Shown piece by piece: positions 39,301 to 51,727 of a stretch of 64,000 nt of DNA; position 1 is the stretch's first letter, and each line of letters opens with the position of its first letter. A program made the position numbers and the translations under genes. The notes beneath the pieces were generated by a model. The model made no database searches, had not been told where the DNA came from, and saw nothing but the letters and a program-made list of their open reading frames with translations. Source of the DNA: Callorhinchus milii (taxonomy: Eukaryota). The DNA is taken from assembly GCF_018977255.1 (NCBI RefSeq), contig NW_024704743.1, positions 35,714,001 to 35,778,000 on the forward strand, given 5' to 3'.

Positions 39301-42300
39301 ACGAATGGCCTCCACAATTGCAATTCACGCTGACCAAAATCTCTCTTTTTGTTGTAGCAGAGAAGGCTAGAGTATTTTGGGGATGGGGGGAATGGGATGA
39401 TATCTTTTGTGGCTAACATTTGAATCACTGTACCGTCTACCTTTAAAAAGTGCTCAGTACTAAAGAACAGATTGACACAAAAGATGATTGATAACTTCAT
39501 CAACCCTTTGAACGCTGATTTGAAAATTAAATGGAAGTATACAAATGAGATTACCCAGTCAGTAAATTGCCCCAGGATAGTTGCTGTTTCTGCATTAATT
39601 ATTTCCCTCATATTGTTAGTCTCAGTGGTTCCGCCTAGCCATTTGTCAGTCTGCCTCAGTTGGTAGAACTCTTACCGCTTGAGTCAGAGAGTTGTGGTTT
39701 CAAGCACCACATTGGGACTTGAAAGCCGCTTTATCAAATGGAAGAATTATTGTTGTTTTCCCATGTGGTTATCATATACTCATCAAAAAAAAGTATTTAG
39801 AAATATCAAATTGCACCAGAAGATGGTCAGGAAAAGTGTTTATAAACTTCTATGCAATGGTCACATAGTGCCCCACCCCTCACTGTCCAGACTGACATGT
39901 AAACCCCAAAGGTGTCAGTGGGCATTTGCACCTATGGGAATACACCGTAGCCAGAGGCAGTGCTTTCAGGAGCAGAGGACAGGAGAAGACTGGCAGTAAA
40001 AATGTTCTCTCCCCTTTTCAGTCTATTTATCATTGAAATCTCAAAATGGGGGTTGGGTAGGGCGGGGGAGAGGTCTGAATGGATGGACTTAACCAGTCGT
40101 AAACACAAGCATTTGTCCACTCACCAGCACTCAGTGTGTTGTACGTTAGCACACTGCACCAGCACTGTTAATATTGCATGGGGCAATGTGCACAGTGTTA
40201 GCAGCAATGCTAGTGTTCTTTGATGGTGATATGTTCGGAATAACATTTTTGTCCTCCCCCACTTCCACCCAACCTCTAATCAAAAGCACCTGTGATGAGA
40301 AGCAGGATACCACTGGAAGGAAATGACTGTTAAGTTTTACTGATTCCTCCACATGTTGCTGGAAGACGAAGGATTTATGTCCCAGTGTTCTCTGTCTGAC
40401 AGTCTCTCCATCCATTTGGGAGCCTTTGCATGTCAGCTCAATAGCCTTGAGAACGCTTCACTCTGATTCTGCTGAACTTTACCGTTGTGACTTCCTCTTC
40501 TCCCCGTGCTGCTTCACTTCACATAACTGACCAAGAAACAGAAAACACAGCAAACAACCATGCACAATGAGGACTCCCTCCTTCTCCTCTTCCACGGTAC
40601 ATCTCAAAATGTACCTCTTTGATTTAAGGTTACCTTTACCCTCCTCATTCTACACCCCACACCACCAGCTCCAATGTCCGGAGAGAATTGTTGAGTGTTT
40701 TGTGACTTCCTCCTGATATGAGAGGTGATCTATATAAGTGTAAATTATATTGCATTAGCAGAGGTGGAGAAGGGAAAGGATTTGGGAAAGCTTTCACTGA
40801 AAGTTTTCATTCGGTGCGAAACCTCTGTCAACAAAGCTGTTCAAATACTAGGTTACACGTCTAGGGCATTTGACAATGAAGCAAAATAAGTTGTTTTTTA
40901 ACCTTGTGTTAGATCACTGGTGGTTAGGATATTGTGTATGGTTTTGATTACTCTTTCTTCAAAATGACCATTGGAGTTGAGAAAGTGCTGTTGAGGAAAG
41001 CACTACAGGTAACTCGCCACCTTAAGACAAAGACCTGCGCTTTCTGCAGGGAAACTTCATATACATCATTCGGATTTGCATGAATTTGAGTCTGACTGAT
41101 TGTTCCTGGTGGAAGGAGGCAGCTGTAGCAGTACTGCTTTTCTGAGGAACACTTTTTCAACTCTGGTGAAGCTCTGGACAGAGCAGAGTAAAAATGATGG
41201 TTCTGTGAGTTTGAGCTGCAGCTTATGAGGAAAGACTCACAGAGCTGAACTTCTTCTGATCAGAAGAAAGACTGAGAAAAGGGAACGTGCTCCAGTAGTT
41301 TAAAATCATTTTGGTATTAATTTGTGTGGATGTAAGCAGGCTATGAGAGGCAGAACTGGAAGACGTAGGCTAGAAACAGCATTAGATGTTAGAAAACATA
41401 TCTTTCCCACACGGTGGCTGTGAGAATCAGATCAATTGTCTCTTTCTGAAAAACAGACTGGATTAGGATCAAGTTGAAAAAAGGATCTGCTATCGTAGGA
41501 TCTATATATATATAAATACATTATAGAGAGAGATGTGGACTGAGATGAACAAATTCCTCATGACATAATGATTTCTATGCTTCTGGGCTGAGGAGATGTT
41601 GTCTGTGGGGCAGAAGGGTGGTTAGACTGGAGGATTATTACAGAGTTTTTTTCTTTGAGCTTCAGCGAGTCTATACACTAAGTTTTCCCCTCATAAATAG
41701 ATAAAGCACCAGTAGGTAGAGTCAATTCAATGGTTTTACTTTGCTGTGGAAGAAGCGGGTTGTGTGTGTGGAGGACAGGGATGGCCTTTCTTATTCCGTG
41801 CTTGTATGTTCTTATACACGAGTGACCCCTGATCAGATAATGCTGATTTGCCCCAGTGAGGCAAAACGGGAAGAGGACGTAGTTAGAATGCAACTGTGGA
41901 GTCAGTTTAAAAAAAGAACCTATTGTGTTTCCCTAGATGGCTAAATAGATAAATGCCTCGTTCGTTGTGAAACTCGGGTACGTGGACCAGGACAGTCCCA
42001 GGTTTGTGCTGAGTTTAGTTGATCAGTGGGGCACTACGATTCCCCTGATCTACAATCAGTCTCTACACCCCTGAGGCAGGCAGAGAAAAGTCACCTAGAG
42101 TTCCCATTCTTGACCTATGTATATATGAACGCTGAGTTAGGACAGATTAGTGTTGGGTGTAATTTATCCCCCCTCCACCCCCATTGCATTGCTACTGTTA
42201 CTGACTGTCTTGTGCAGGTTTTGCAGAGACAGAGTGGGACCCAGCCTGAGGTACCTGACTGTGGCAACGCCACGGGTCTGTTTCTCAGTACCAGTCACCA

Positions 42301-44009
42301 TTGAAGGAGAAGAGGGAGGGGGAGCCTCTTCCCCTGGCCCCCTTCACCCAACCCTCATAGCCTACAGAATAACTTTGAAGTTGTATTAAATTCCTCCAGT
42401 GAACAGTTCTCTTGTTGTCCTTTCTCCTCTGTAGTCATAGCAGCCGCCCACCTTCTGTCACTTTCCCTACGAACCCTTCGTGCACCTGCACACGGAAGCG
42501 TCCGACTGCTGAGACGCTTCTGGCTTCTCTTAAAAAGCAGGACCCGCTGTAAGAGGTTCTGACTGCTATTGGATGAGGGGCTGATTGTATCAATTTACAC
42601 GCTCTGTTGGCTTGGTTTTTGTCGCCAGCGCACCAATGCCACATTCCATGCAGATCAAAACAGCCTTTATTGCAGCGTCAGGCTTTCCTGGCACTTTCTA
42701 GAACACAGCATTTATTTACTTTCTTCCTTTCACAGCCAGAGTCGGGCGTCTTGTCAAGTAACAGGAACCAAGCTCTCAAAAGTGCAAGCTGGCCAAGCAG
42801 CCTGTGCTAGTCGAGTTTAGTTCTGCAGGGAGCAGAATTCTTCCTTAGAATTACACTGGCCCAGTGAGAATTTACACGTACTAGTATATTAAAGATGAGA
42901 TTAAAACTCAGCATAGATTGCATTTTAAGTCAGGAGTTACCCACATTAGCATTCCATGGCTATATCAGAAATGACAGCCTCCGTCACGCTACATTGTAAT
43001 ATGAAAAAGGTGATAGCAATCATGCAGCATCGAGTGATGTGAAGGGATCGAAAACCCTCCAATATCGGTGTCTCAAGATAGAGAAAGGTGCCGAGTGACT
43101 TTTTTTTGTGATGCATGTGGAAGCTTGTCACCATGCTTAACAGAATCCAAACTGCTCATGACGTAAACTGAGTGTCCTGCAGGGAATGCCTTGTACATGA
43201 CACACTCCCACCCTGATCTCCCCTAGCTTCCAAACCTCTTATTTCCAACTCCCAGCTTAGGTGCAAATCCTTAACTGTCTGGCACCTTGGGATGTCCTTC
43301 CGACATGAAAGGCGCTATATAAATGTAATTTGTTGTTGTTGGTGACATTGACTGTACAGACCCTGGCTCAGATGGGAGCTGAGGCGTTGTGCGGATGGTG
43401 TTTTGTGCAAGCATGTACAGGGTCTACATCATCAGGCCCCACTTTTTTTCAAGCTCTCTTTTCAACCCCAGCCTTCTCAAATAAAACATTTCAACCCCTC
43501 TGACTTTAAAACTTAAATAAAGTATTCTTTTTACTTAACCAATTAAGAAATATAAGCGCTGCTCTCCTCCCCCCACTCCCGCCACCACCCCGCCCAATAA
43601 ACCTGCACTTCTTCCTAGCTGCTGTGGGCAGTAAGACAGCGTCAGCCTGCGCGCCTCACTGGCTAGATAACATCTCCCTCTGCAATGGCAGATCACTTCC
43701 TGCAGTCCAAATGGAGAGATGTCTCTCTTTTTTCTCTTTCTCTCCTTTCTCTTTCTTTCTCTCTCTCTGTCTTTCTCTCTCTTTCTGTCTTTCTCTTTCT
43801 GTCCTGAGTGGGATGGAACTGGTAAAACTCACTACGTTTTGGGTGATAGGTTTTAAGTTTTTTGAGAGGTAATGAATTGTTAACTGATGATGAACCTGAG
43901 TCGCTGGGAGTATGAGGCTTTGCACTTCGCTGAATTAAATAGCACTTTGATTGAAAGGACTTCCCTGCTGCCTTTAGCTATCGGCATAACTGCTGTAAGA
44001 CAACTGAGA

Positions 44010-44310
44010 CTGCCCGCCTGGACACAATTCACTGTCCTGACATACAGTGTCATCACACTGAGGCTCAACTACACCAATTCCCTGTTTGTTGGCCTACCAA
44101 CTCTTCCCTCCACAAGCTGCAGATCATGCAAACTACAAACTTACATTTGTTTAGTGCCTTTCATGTCGGAAGGGCGTCGCAAGATCATCCAGAACTCTGC
44201 AGCTCATGTCCTCTCCCGCACCAGGCTCTGTGACCCTATCATCGCCACCCTTGCCCGACTCCCCATCCCCCAGAGGGTAGAGTTAAAAATCCTCATCCTC
44301 GCCTTCCTCA
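44010..44310 (+). mobile_element. degenerate L2 ORF2 C-terminal fragment with a nested micro-insertion
   Basis: ORF 43887-44396 includes VITLRLNYTNSLFVGLP...IIQNSAAHVLSRTRLCDPIIATLARLPIPQRVELKILILAF, homologous to 33400-33620. Confidence 0.85.
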
Positions 44311-44648
44311 TCCTTTGCTTTCCATGTCTTCTGCCTGTTTCTGCTTACTGTGTAACTGATAACCAGAGCGGATGGCTTGAAGCAGCTGAGCTCTAGCCAT
44401 ATTGCATTGATTTCACAAGAAGTTTGGATGAGGAAGACCCTTTGGCCAATTTGATATTATGCTACCAGGATTCGGACTCTATTGTCTTTTTTCTATCGAA
44501 GAGCACAAACTTAAAATGGAATGTATTGTAATGCAGATCTCAGGCATAGCATATCCAACGTATTGCACTGTGTTTGTCTTTGGAAGTCAGGGATTATTTA
44601 TATTGATAATTAAATGGTGTTTTTGTTTCAATCGTGTAGCAGTCACAG

Positions 44649-44738
44649 GAAGTCAAAGAGGAGAAGTCTACCTTTATCTGCCCTCTATGTGAGAAAAACT
44701 GTGGAACCCAGCACCAGTTAACTACGCATATTCGGCAG
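44649..44738 (+). CDS. RREB1: RREB1 coding exon, C2H2 zinc finger 1 ([30 protein letters not shown])
   Basis: Matches RREB1 [30 protein letters not shown]; 90 nt, phase 0-0; donor cag|gtatgt; alternative in-frame acceptors give starts at 44640 and 44643. Confidence 0.96.
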
Positions 44739-45716
44739 GTATGTTGTGCCTTATTGTACCAGTTCTATACAAGATCTTTCAGTCCTTTAGTAACAGCAGA
44801 GCCGATCATGATGCTGAGTCTAGAGTTGCCTATCATCGGCTCAAATATGAAATACCTGACAGCGTAAGTAATGGCCATTAACTGTTGTTCCACATCCTTT
44901 GTGTGTGTTTTGTTTTTAGTTTCTGATACAAGATCGTTCTTCAATAATCCAAATAGCATACTTTATCTCCCCCTACGTGTGTTTTGTTCTTTCTCTCTCG
45001 CACACACATAGACACACTGCCATCTTTTCCTTGAAGGAGCTAAGACCAAATTCATGTTATAACCAGGCACCACTAAACAAAGCTTGCTCAGTTAGTGCCC
45101 GCTAATGTTGGCTTTGAGGTTTTATGTACTTACCTTGTTGATTCAAATCTAAGGGTTTTTCCATTAATAAGTTACCTCCGGAATGAGGGTGAGCCTTAAT
45201 GCTGTGCCCTACATCTGCGGGCCTCCACATATTGGATAAGTGGACTCAAATTCAGGCGGCAATGTCTGAAAAATCTTAGTTGTACTCATGAACGCAAGGT
45301 TAGCAAATAGAGACAATTAGCCTGAGCCTCAGAGTACGAAGTTTGCATTTTTGCCTTTGAATTTATGTTTATCAGATGTAAAAGAAAGGGGAAATATAGT
45401 TCAGTTGCAGAGTTGGGGCAGAAACTGTTTTGGGAGCCTTTCGAGCAGTGCTGATATAGGCTCCGTTCACATTGTCTTACCATTGTATGAAAACTGACTT
45501 CCAATAAATATTTACTGTGATGAAAACCACTGCTTCTTCAAAAGTCAATTCCGGGTGTAGTGTTGGAGGAGTAGAGGTAGTGTACATGACTAGGAAGATG
45601 GAGGTATGAGTGTGTGATTTGAAAAGCAAGGTAGCATAGCTGATAACCATAATGTCCTGGGTCCAGCTGGTTCATGTCTGGCTACTATCTTTAACCAAAC
45701 CCTTTTATTTCTGCAG

Positions 45717-45880
45717 CACAACACTGACAGTGGAGGAAACAGCCATTCCTGCAGTATATGTGGCAAGTCGTTGAGTTCGGCCAGCTCACTAGACCGCCAC
45801 ATGTTGGTGCACTCAGGGGAACGTCCCTATAAATGTAATGTCTGTGGCCAAGCCTTCACTACCAATGGCAACATGCACAG
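45717..45880 (+). CDS. RREB1: RREB1 coding exon, zinc fingers 2-3 ([55 protein letters not shown])
   Basis: Near-identical to the vertebrate RREB1 ZF2/ZF3 with HSGERPY linker; ttttatttctgcag| acceptor, cag|gtgagt donor; 164 nt. Confidence 0.98.
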
Positions 45881-46049
45881 GTGAGTGAGGAGTGGTCAGT
45901 TATTTGATGAAGAATTGCAATCTATGTGGCAGTCTCCTCAGATGGGAGAGGTCTGCTCCATCGGGTTTTGTCTTCTCTGTTCGTTAAGAGATACTCCATT
46001 CCTGGCCGAGCCATTCCTGGCATAACCCAGGAGCTCAACTGAAAGCTCG

Positions 46050-46288
46050 ATTGACTTCAGCTTCCTGCTTGTTCCTCATACCCTTCGTTCCACCATCGGT
46101 GGCCGCTCTTTCGGCCACTACGCCCCAAAGCTCTGGAATGCTATCTCTCTGCCTTGCCCCCTCTTTCTCCATATTCAGGTCGCATCTGAAGACCTTCCTC
46201 TTCGACCGTGATCATGCTCACCTCCCCTGGCTTTGGGATGCTACCCTATATGAGGGGCGCTATATAAGTGCAAGTTGTTGTTATTGAA
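46050..46288 (+). mobile_element. L2 3' end fragment
   Basis: caccatcggtggccgctctttcggcc...tctgaagaccttcctcttcgaccgtg...gggcgctatataagtgcaagttgttgtt. Confidence 0.75.
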
Positions 46289-48708
46289 AACAGTTCCTTC
46301 TCTCGCTATTGATTGCAAATGCTGTGTTGGGGCAGTTGTTCCCTAGTGTTTAAAGCCCTGAGGATTGTGGGGGTGAGGAGCAGATTTAATGCTATGGTAA
46401 GATCACCCTGGGGGTATGGAGCGTCTCGGGATGGATTGACATTGTGACGTTTGATAAAGCAAACCAATAATGTTTTTTATTTTGTGGATATATTTGTGCA
46501 TGTGTGTGTGTGTGTGAGTATGTGTGTGCACGTGTATCTATATATACATGCAATATCCATATATGTGCAGTTTTTAAACCGTCTCTGCCCGTGCTGCCCA
46601 CCCCCAACCACCACCATTGAGCTGTATTTGAATATAACGTACTGTGTTACCCAGGAATATGTAAAAACAGAAAGGACCAGTAGATTCTGTCTCCCCACCA
46701 GACCACTTTATGGATCTCCTGCTAATACAGAAACTTCAGAAAATGCCCCTTAGATCACACTTCCTCTTCATAAACAGAAAGGTTTGCAGAAACAGCCTCA
46801 CGAGAGAAGGGGTTTGGAGAGGGGGGGTCTTACTGTGTGGAATGAAAATAGCATCATTCAGAGAGGAAGCTATAACAAATGCAGGAATTAAAACAATGCA
46901 CAAATGCAGCTTTCAAAATCTCTCCATCTTCAGCACGACATTTTGTAGATTCCACACGTGGTGCTTGGATTTTGTTTCCTTCCTCGAACTACATGCTGCC
47001 TTGGGCCTTCTTTTCCACATAAGAGTGTTTTTGTAACACATTTTCTTGAAGGATGAATTCAGTGGGTTTCAGTCAGTGGAGATGGAGAAGGCCAGTAATT
47101 GCTGACCACAGGCTTGTTTCCGTGGTTACCTGTGTGTATGTGCTGGGGAAACAGATGCTTCCAGAGAGAGAGAGAGAAAAACTGCAAAGATGCTTATAAC
47201 AGGGTTGAACATTTACTGCAATGTGCATCTGAAGCCCGTGACATCTCCTGCTTCTACTCTGTTTATTTGTCATTGGATGCTCTCTTGACCTTTCGGATAT
47301 ATTTTCTTCTGTAATTTGAAAACAGCCGTGTTCATTGTGTATGGGGATAATCCTACTTACAAACACCATTAATGTAGGTGAAGGGCTCCAAAAACTGGCA
47401 GAGCTGCACCACAAATGCAAAATCTTGTCTGGAGTTGATGCCTCAACCTCTGTCTACCGTCACTTATGTAGAATAACATATCAAAGTGGCGATTAACAGT
47501 GGGGGCAGTGGAGGTGGCATCATGAGCTTGTTTTGGAAGCGAATTCCAGAGGCCTGGAGGGTGGTGGCTGAAGGTCAGCCTCCGAGCAGAGGGAGTGGAG
47601 CACAAGCAACAGGCCAGTGTCAGAGGGCAGACTGGGTCTATAGGAGATTATATGGCAGATAGGGTAGTTAGATCACGGTGGGGTTTGGAAATAATGATGA
47701 GGATGTTGAAATTCGTCTGATGAGCGGTCAGAGTGTCAGCGACTTTATTTTTCTGGCACCTGGAGTAGGGGGAATTAAGCTTCATTGCTGACTTAGTGTG
47801 ACTATCCTTCTTGGGGTGGGAGGTAAACGGGGTCTACTTGGAGCTGAACTGGCTCCAAGGCAACATGTTTGGGAACAGAATATCGAAATCGAGCCAGCCC
47901 TCTGTGGTGGTCTCAGTAATCCAGTTCCTGAGCCAGGCAGGTCTACAGTATTCCAGGGCACTGACGATGACAGCACAGCCAGCCTGGCTCATCAGCAGGA
48001 CTTGGGACGGCAGACAAGTCACTGGGGGCAGGGATTCATTCCATTCAGCTCCTGTTAACCATGCAAGCCAAAGCCCTAATGGGTAGGGTGGTCCTGGCTG
48101 GACAAGCAGCAGGAAAGCTTGCCAAACAGTGCTAGCAATGACAAGCTATGCAGTTTTCGCAGGTTAGACTCCAACACACTCTAGGGTCCCCAATCCTTGG
48201 CTCTTGCCAACCTGCGCCTAATACTTTCCGGAATTAAGTAAGCAGGTTGGTCCCTCTGGAGAGGGAGTATGCATTCCGTTCCAACAATCTATCTCGGATT
48301 TCCATATGTAGGTGGGATGCATGGAATTCTCAATTTGGTTTAGGTGCTCTTAGCATAGTGATGGGTTTCAGCTTGTGTCAGACATCCGCCTGACCAAATA
48401 AAATTGATGACTCAAGTCAATGCAAAGTGTGGAAGTGACCCACACTGACTGGCAGATTACAGATGTGCCCAGAGGTAGCTGGTTTTAGGCAAGGTGCCAA
48501 CTCAAGTCACCGGCAATGGCTGCCGTGCCCTGGGTTAGAGAGGGGATTGGGATTAGGTAGTTTCTTTTTCTGGTCTCGCTCCAATAATAATAATACTTGC
48601 ATTTGATATAGTGCCTTATCACGTCTTCTAAACATCTCAAAGCGCTTCACAGAATATATTGTAAAATGAATTGACAATGAATTGTGCTGAGATCTAGACT
48701 GGTGAGGA

Positions 48709-50522
48709 ATAGGCTAGTGAGGGTAAATGTAGGTTCAGTCAGAGACGGGAGAAGTTGTAATGGGGGATAAGGACATGGTAGAGTCCCTAAATGGGTACTT
48801 TGCATCTGTCTTCACCTTAGAAGACACAAGTCTGCCAACAATAGAGATGCACCAAGGGGATAAGGACAGGGAGCAACTTCGGGAAATTTTCATTAGTAGA
48901 GAATTGGTGCTAGGGAAACTGTTAGCACTAAAAAGTGACAAATCCCCTGGTCTGGATGGCTTGCATCCCAGGGTTTTAAAAGAGGTAGCTTATGAGATAG
49001 TGGAGGCCTTGTGTCTGATCTTCCAAAATTCCTTGGATTCTGGAACAGTCCCCATGGATTGGAAGATCGCAAATGTCACACCACTATTTAAAAAAGGTGG
49101 AAAGGAAAAGATGGGGAACTATAGGCCAGTTAGTCTCACATCAGTGATAGGAAAAATTTTAGAATCATTGATTAAGGATGTGGTAGTGCGGTATTTAGGG
49201 GAGCACAATATAATTAGGCCAAGTCAACATGGCTTTACAAAAGGGAAGTCATGTTTGACAAATCTCATAGAGTTTTTTGAGGATATTTCGAGTAAACTAG
49301 ATAAGGGTGAATCAGTGGATGTGGTCTATTTGGACTTCCAGAAGGCATTCGATAAGGTGCCGCATAAAAGGTTAGTCCAAAAGATAAGAGCCCATGGAAT
49401 TGAGGGGAGCATATTAATGTGGATTGGGGAATGGTTAACGGGTAGGAAACAGGTTAGAGTTAACGGGTAGGGATAAACGGGTCTTTTTCAGATTGGCGGG
49501 ATGTGACTAGTGGAGTGCCACAAGGATCAGTCCTTGGGCCTCAGCTATTTACCATCTACATCAACGATCTAGATGAGGACATCGAAGTTAATATATCTAA
49601 ATTTGCGGATGACACAAAACTAGGAGGAAGTGTCAACACAGAGGATGACATTAAAAAAATGCAGCGAGACATAGATAGGTTAGGTGATTGGGCAGGTAGG
49701 TGGTAGATGAAGTATAGTGTAGGGAAGTGCAAAGTCATCCACCTAGGTAGCAAAAACAGTAGAGCCGGTTATTTTTTAGAAGGGGAGAGATTGGAATGTG
49801 TTTGCGTCCAGAGGGACTTGGGTGTCCTTGTACACCAATCACAGAAGGTTAGTCTGCAGGTGCAGGAAACAATTAGGAAGGCGAACGGTATGTTAGCATT
49901 CATTATGAAAGGATTAGAGTATAAGAGTAGGGAAGTCTTGCTGCAACTGTATAGGGCCCTGGTGAGACCACACCTGGAATACTGTGTGCAGTTTTGGTCT
50001 CCTTATTTAAGGAAGGATGTACTTGCCTTGGAGGGGGTGCAGCGTAGATTTACTAGGTTAGTACCAGGGATGAAGGGGATGAGTTACGAGGATAGGCTGA
50101 CCAATTTGGGCCTATATTCTCTAGAATATAGAAGAATTAGAGGGGATCTTATAGAAACCTATAAGATCATCAAAGGGCATGATAGAGTAGATAGTGGAAG
50201 ATTGTTTCCCCTGGTTGGAGAAACTAAAACCAGGGGTCACAACCTTAAAATCAGAGGCCAGCCGTTTCGCACTGAGTTGAGGAAGAACTTAGAGGGGTGA
50301 ATGTATGGAATTCGCTACCCCAAAGGGTTGTTGACGCTCAGTCCCTGAACATATCCAAGACTGAGATAGATATATTTCTTATTGCAAAAGGGATTAATGT
50401 CTATGGGGATAAGGCAGGGTTAGGTTATTAGCTGGAGTTAGATTAGAAGATCAGCCATGATTGAATGGCGGGGCAGGCTCAAAGGGCCAAATGGTCTACT
50501 CCTGCTCCTACATGTTATGTTA
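48709..50522 (+). mobile_element. 5'-truncated CR1 LINE, ~1.8 kb, disrupted reverse-transcriptase ORF2
   Basis: [65 protein letters not shown] motifs; frameshift near 49460, TAG at 49704-49706; flanked by ggtgagga at 48701-48708 and 50523-50530. Confidence 0.97.
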
Positions 50523-51727
50523 GGTGAGGACAGGATTGGGCTTGGGAGAGAGGGAGTTCGGGTCAGTCTCTCAACCTCCCCCCAGTCAGTGCTGACAAGA
50601 GCATCAGTTGTACTGTGTTGTGAAATAGTGCACCAGAAACAGGAAGAGGAGAATTGATATAAATAACTTGAAAATGAAGACAAATCTGACAGTGGACACT
50701 TTCATATCCTGGTTTGCCTACCAGACCAGCAATTTTCAAAAAAAACATGGAAAACGCATTTGTATGTAATAGGGCCCAGACTGTGTAAATATCTTTCTCT
50801 TTTCCCCCCCCACCGCCCCCATAAGCCTCACTGAATGAAATGATACAACTTTCAGGGTCATTTCTTCATCAGTGTCGCCTTGAAGCTCTCCGGGACACTA
50901 CCTTGTGCGAGGGTGCTATATAAATGCAAGTTGTTGTTGAAGTTGTCAACAAGCTGCTGCTTCATGGGCAGTGCAGCAGGAGTGGGGAGGGGATGAGGCT
51001 AAGGTGCAGTGTATATCTCTCACTGTGCTTGGAATTCAAGCGTGGCATCCCCAGGCACACCTGCTGCCTGCCAGTATTTTGCTGGAATCTCCAGTATTTA
51101 TGGATTGTAGCTACAAGATAAAGAGGGGAAAGCTTGGCAGCAAGTGAGCGCACACAGACACACACACAGGCTCTATTCCTTTCTTTGGTTGTAAATGCTG
51201 ACTGTGTAAGGGGGAAGTGCTCAGCTATACTGGGTATTATAAGAAAAGTCGCATTTAATTGAGTTTTGTGTAGCTCAAGAAACCAGTTGAAGTTGCTCGT
51301 AGGTCACCATGCATATCGAGCTGTTATTTCCACTGCAAGCCCGAGGAGTTTTTCCCTCCTGTTACAAATGGAGGCCTGTGTTCAGCAATATTGTCAGGAA
51401 TTAATTTGCAACTCAATAGTTTTGTGAGTTTTCTCTCTGCAGATCAAAGCAGGCGTGTCCATGCGTGACTCACATCCGTATACCTTTACTGAATCCACAC
51501 GTGAGGCAGAAGAGAATGGAGGGGTATTAGAGGGGTATTGGAGAGGGGAATTGGAGCCCATAGAGGCTTACGTGGAGCAAAAGTACCGGCATGGACTAGT
51601 TACACTGTACGGCCTATTTCTGTGGTTTATAGTCTATTTAATTACATTTATCCCACAGTCCCTGCTCTGCCATGATGTTTTAATCTTATTTCTCTGCCTA
51701 TCTTCTTTTGTGTCATCCTGGCCCAAT

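Noticed and set aside
48760..50300. Reverse-transcriptase ORFs as a novel RT or retron-like system
   Set aside because: Ordinary CR1 ORF2, 5'-truncated, frameshifted and with an internal stop
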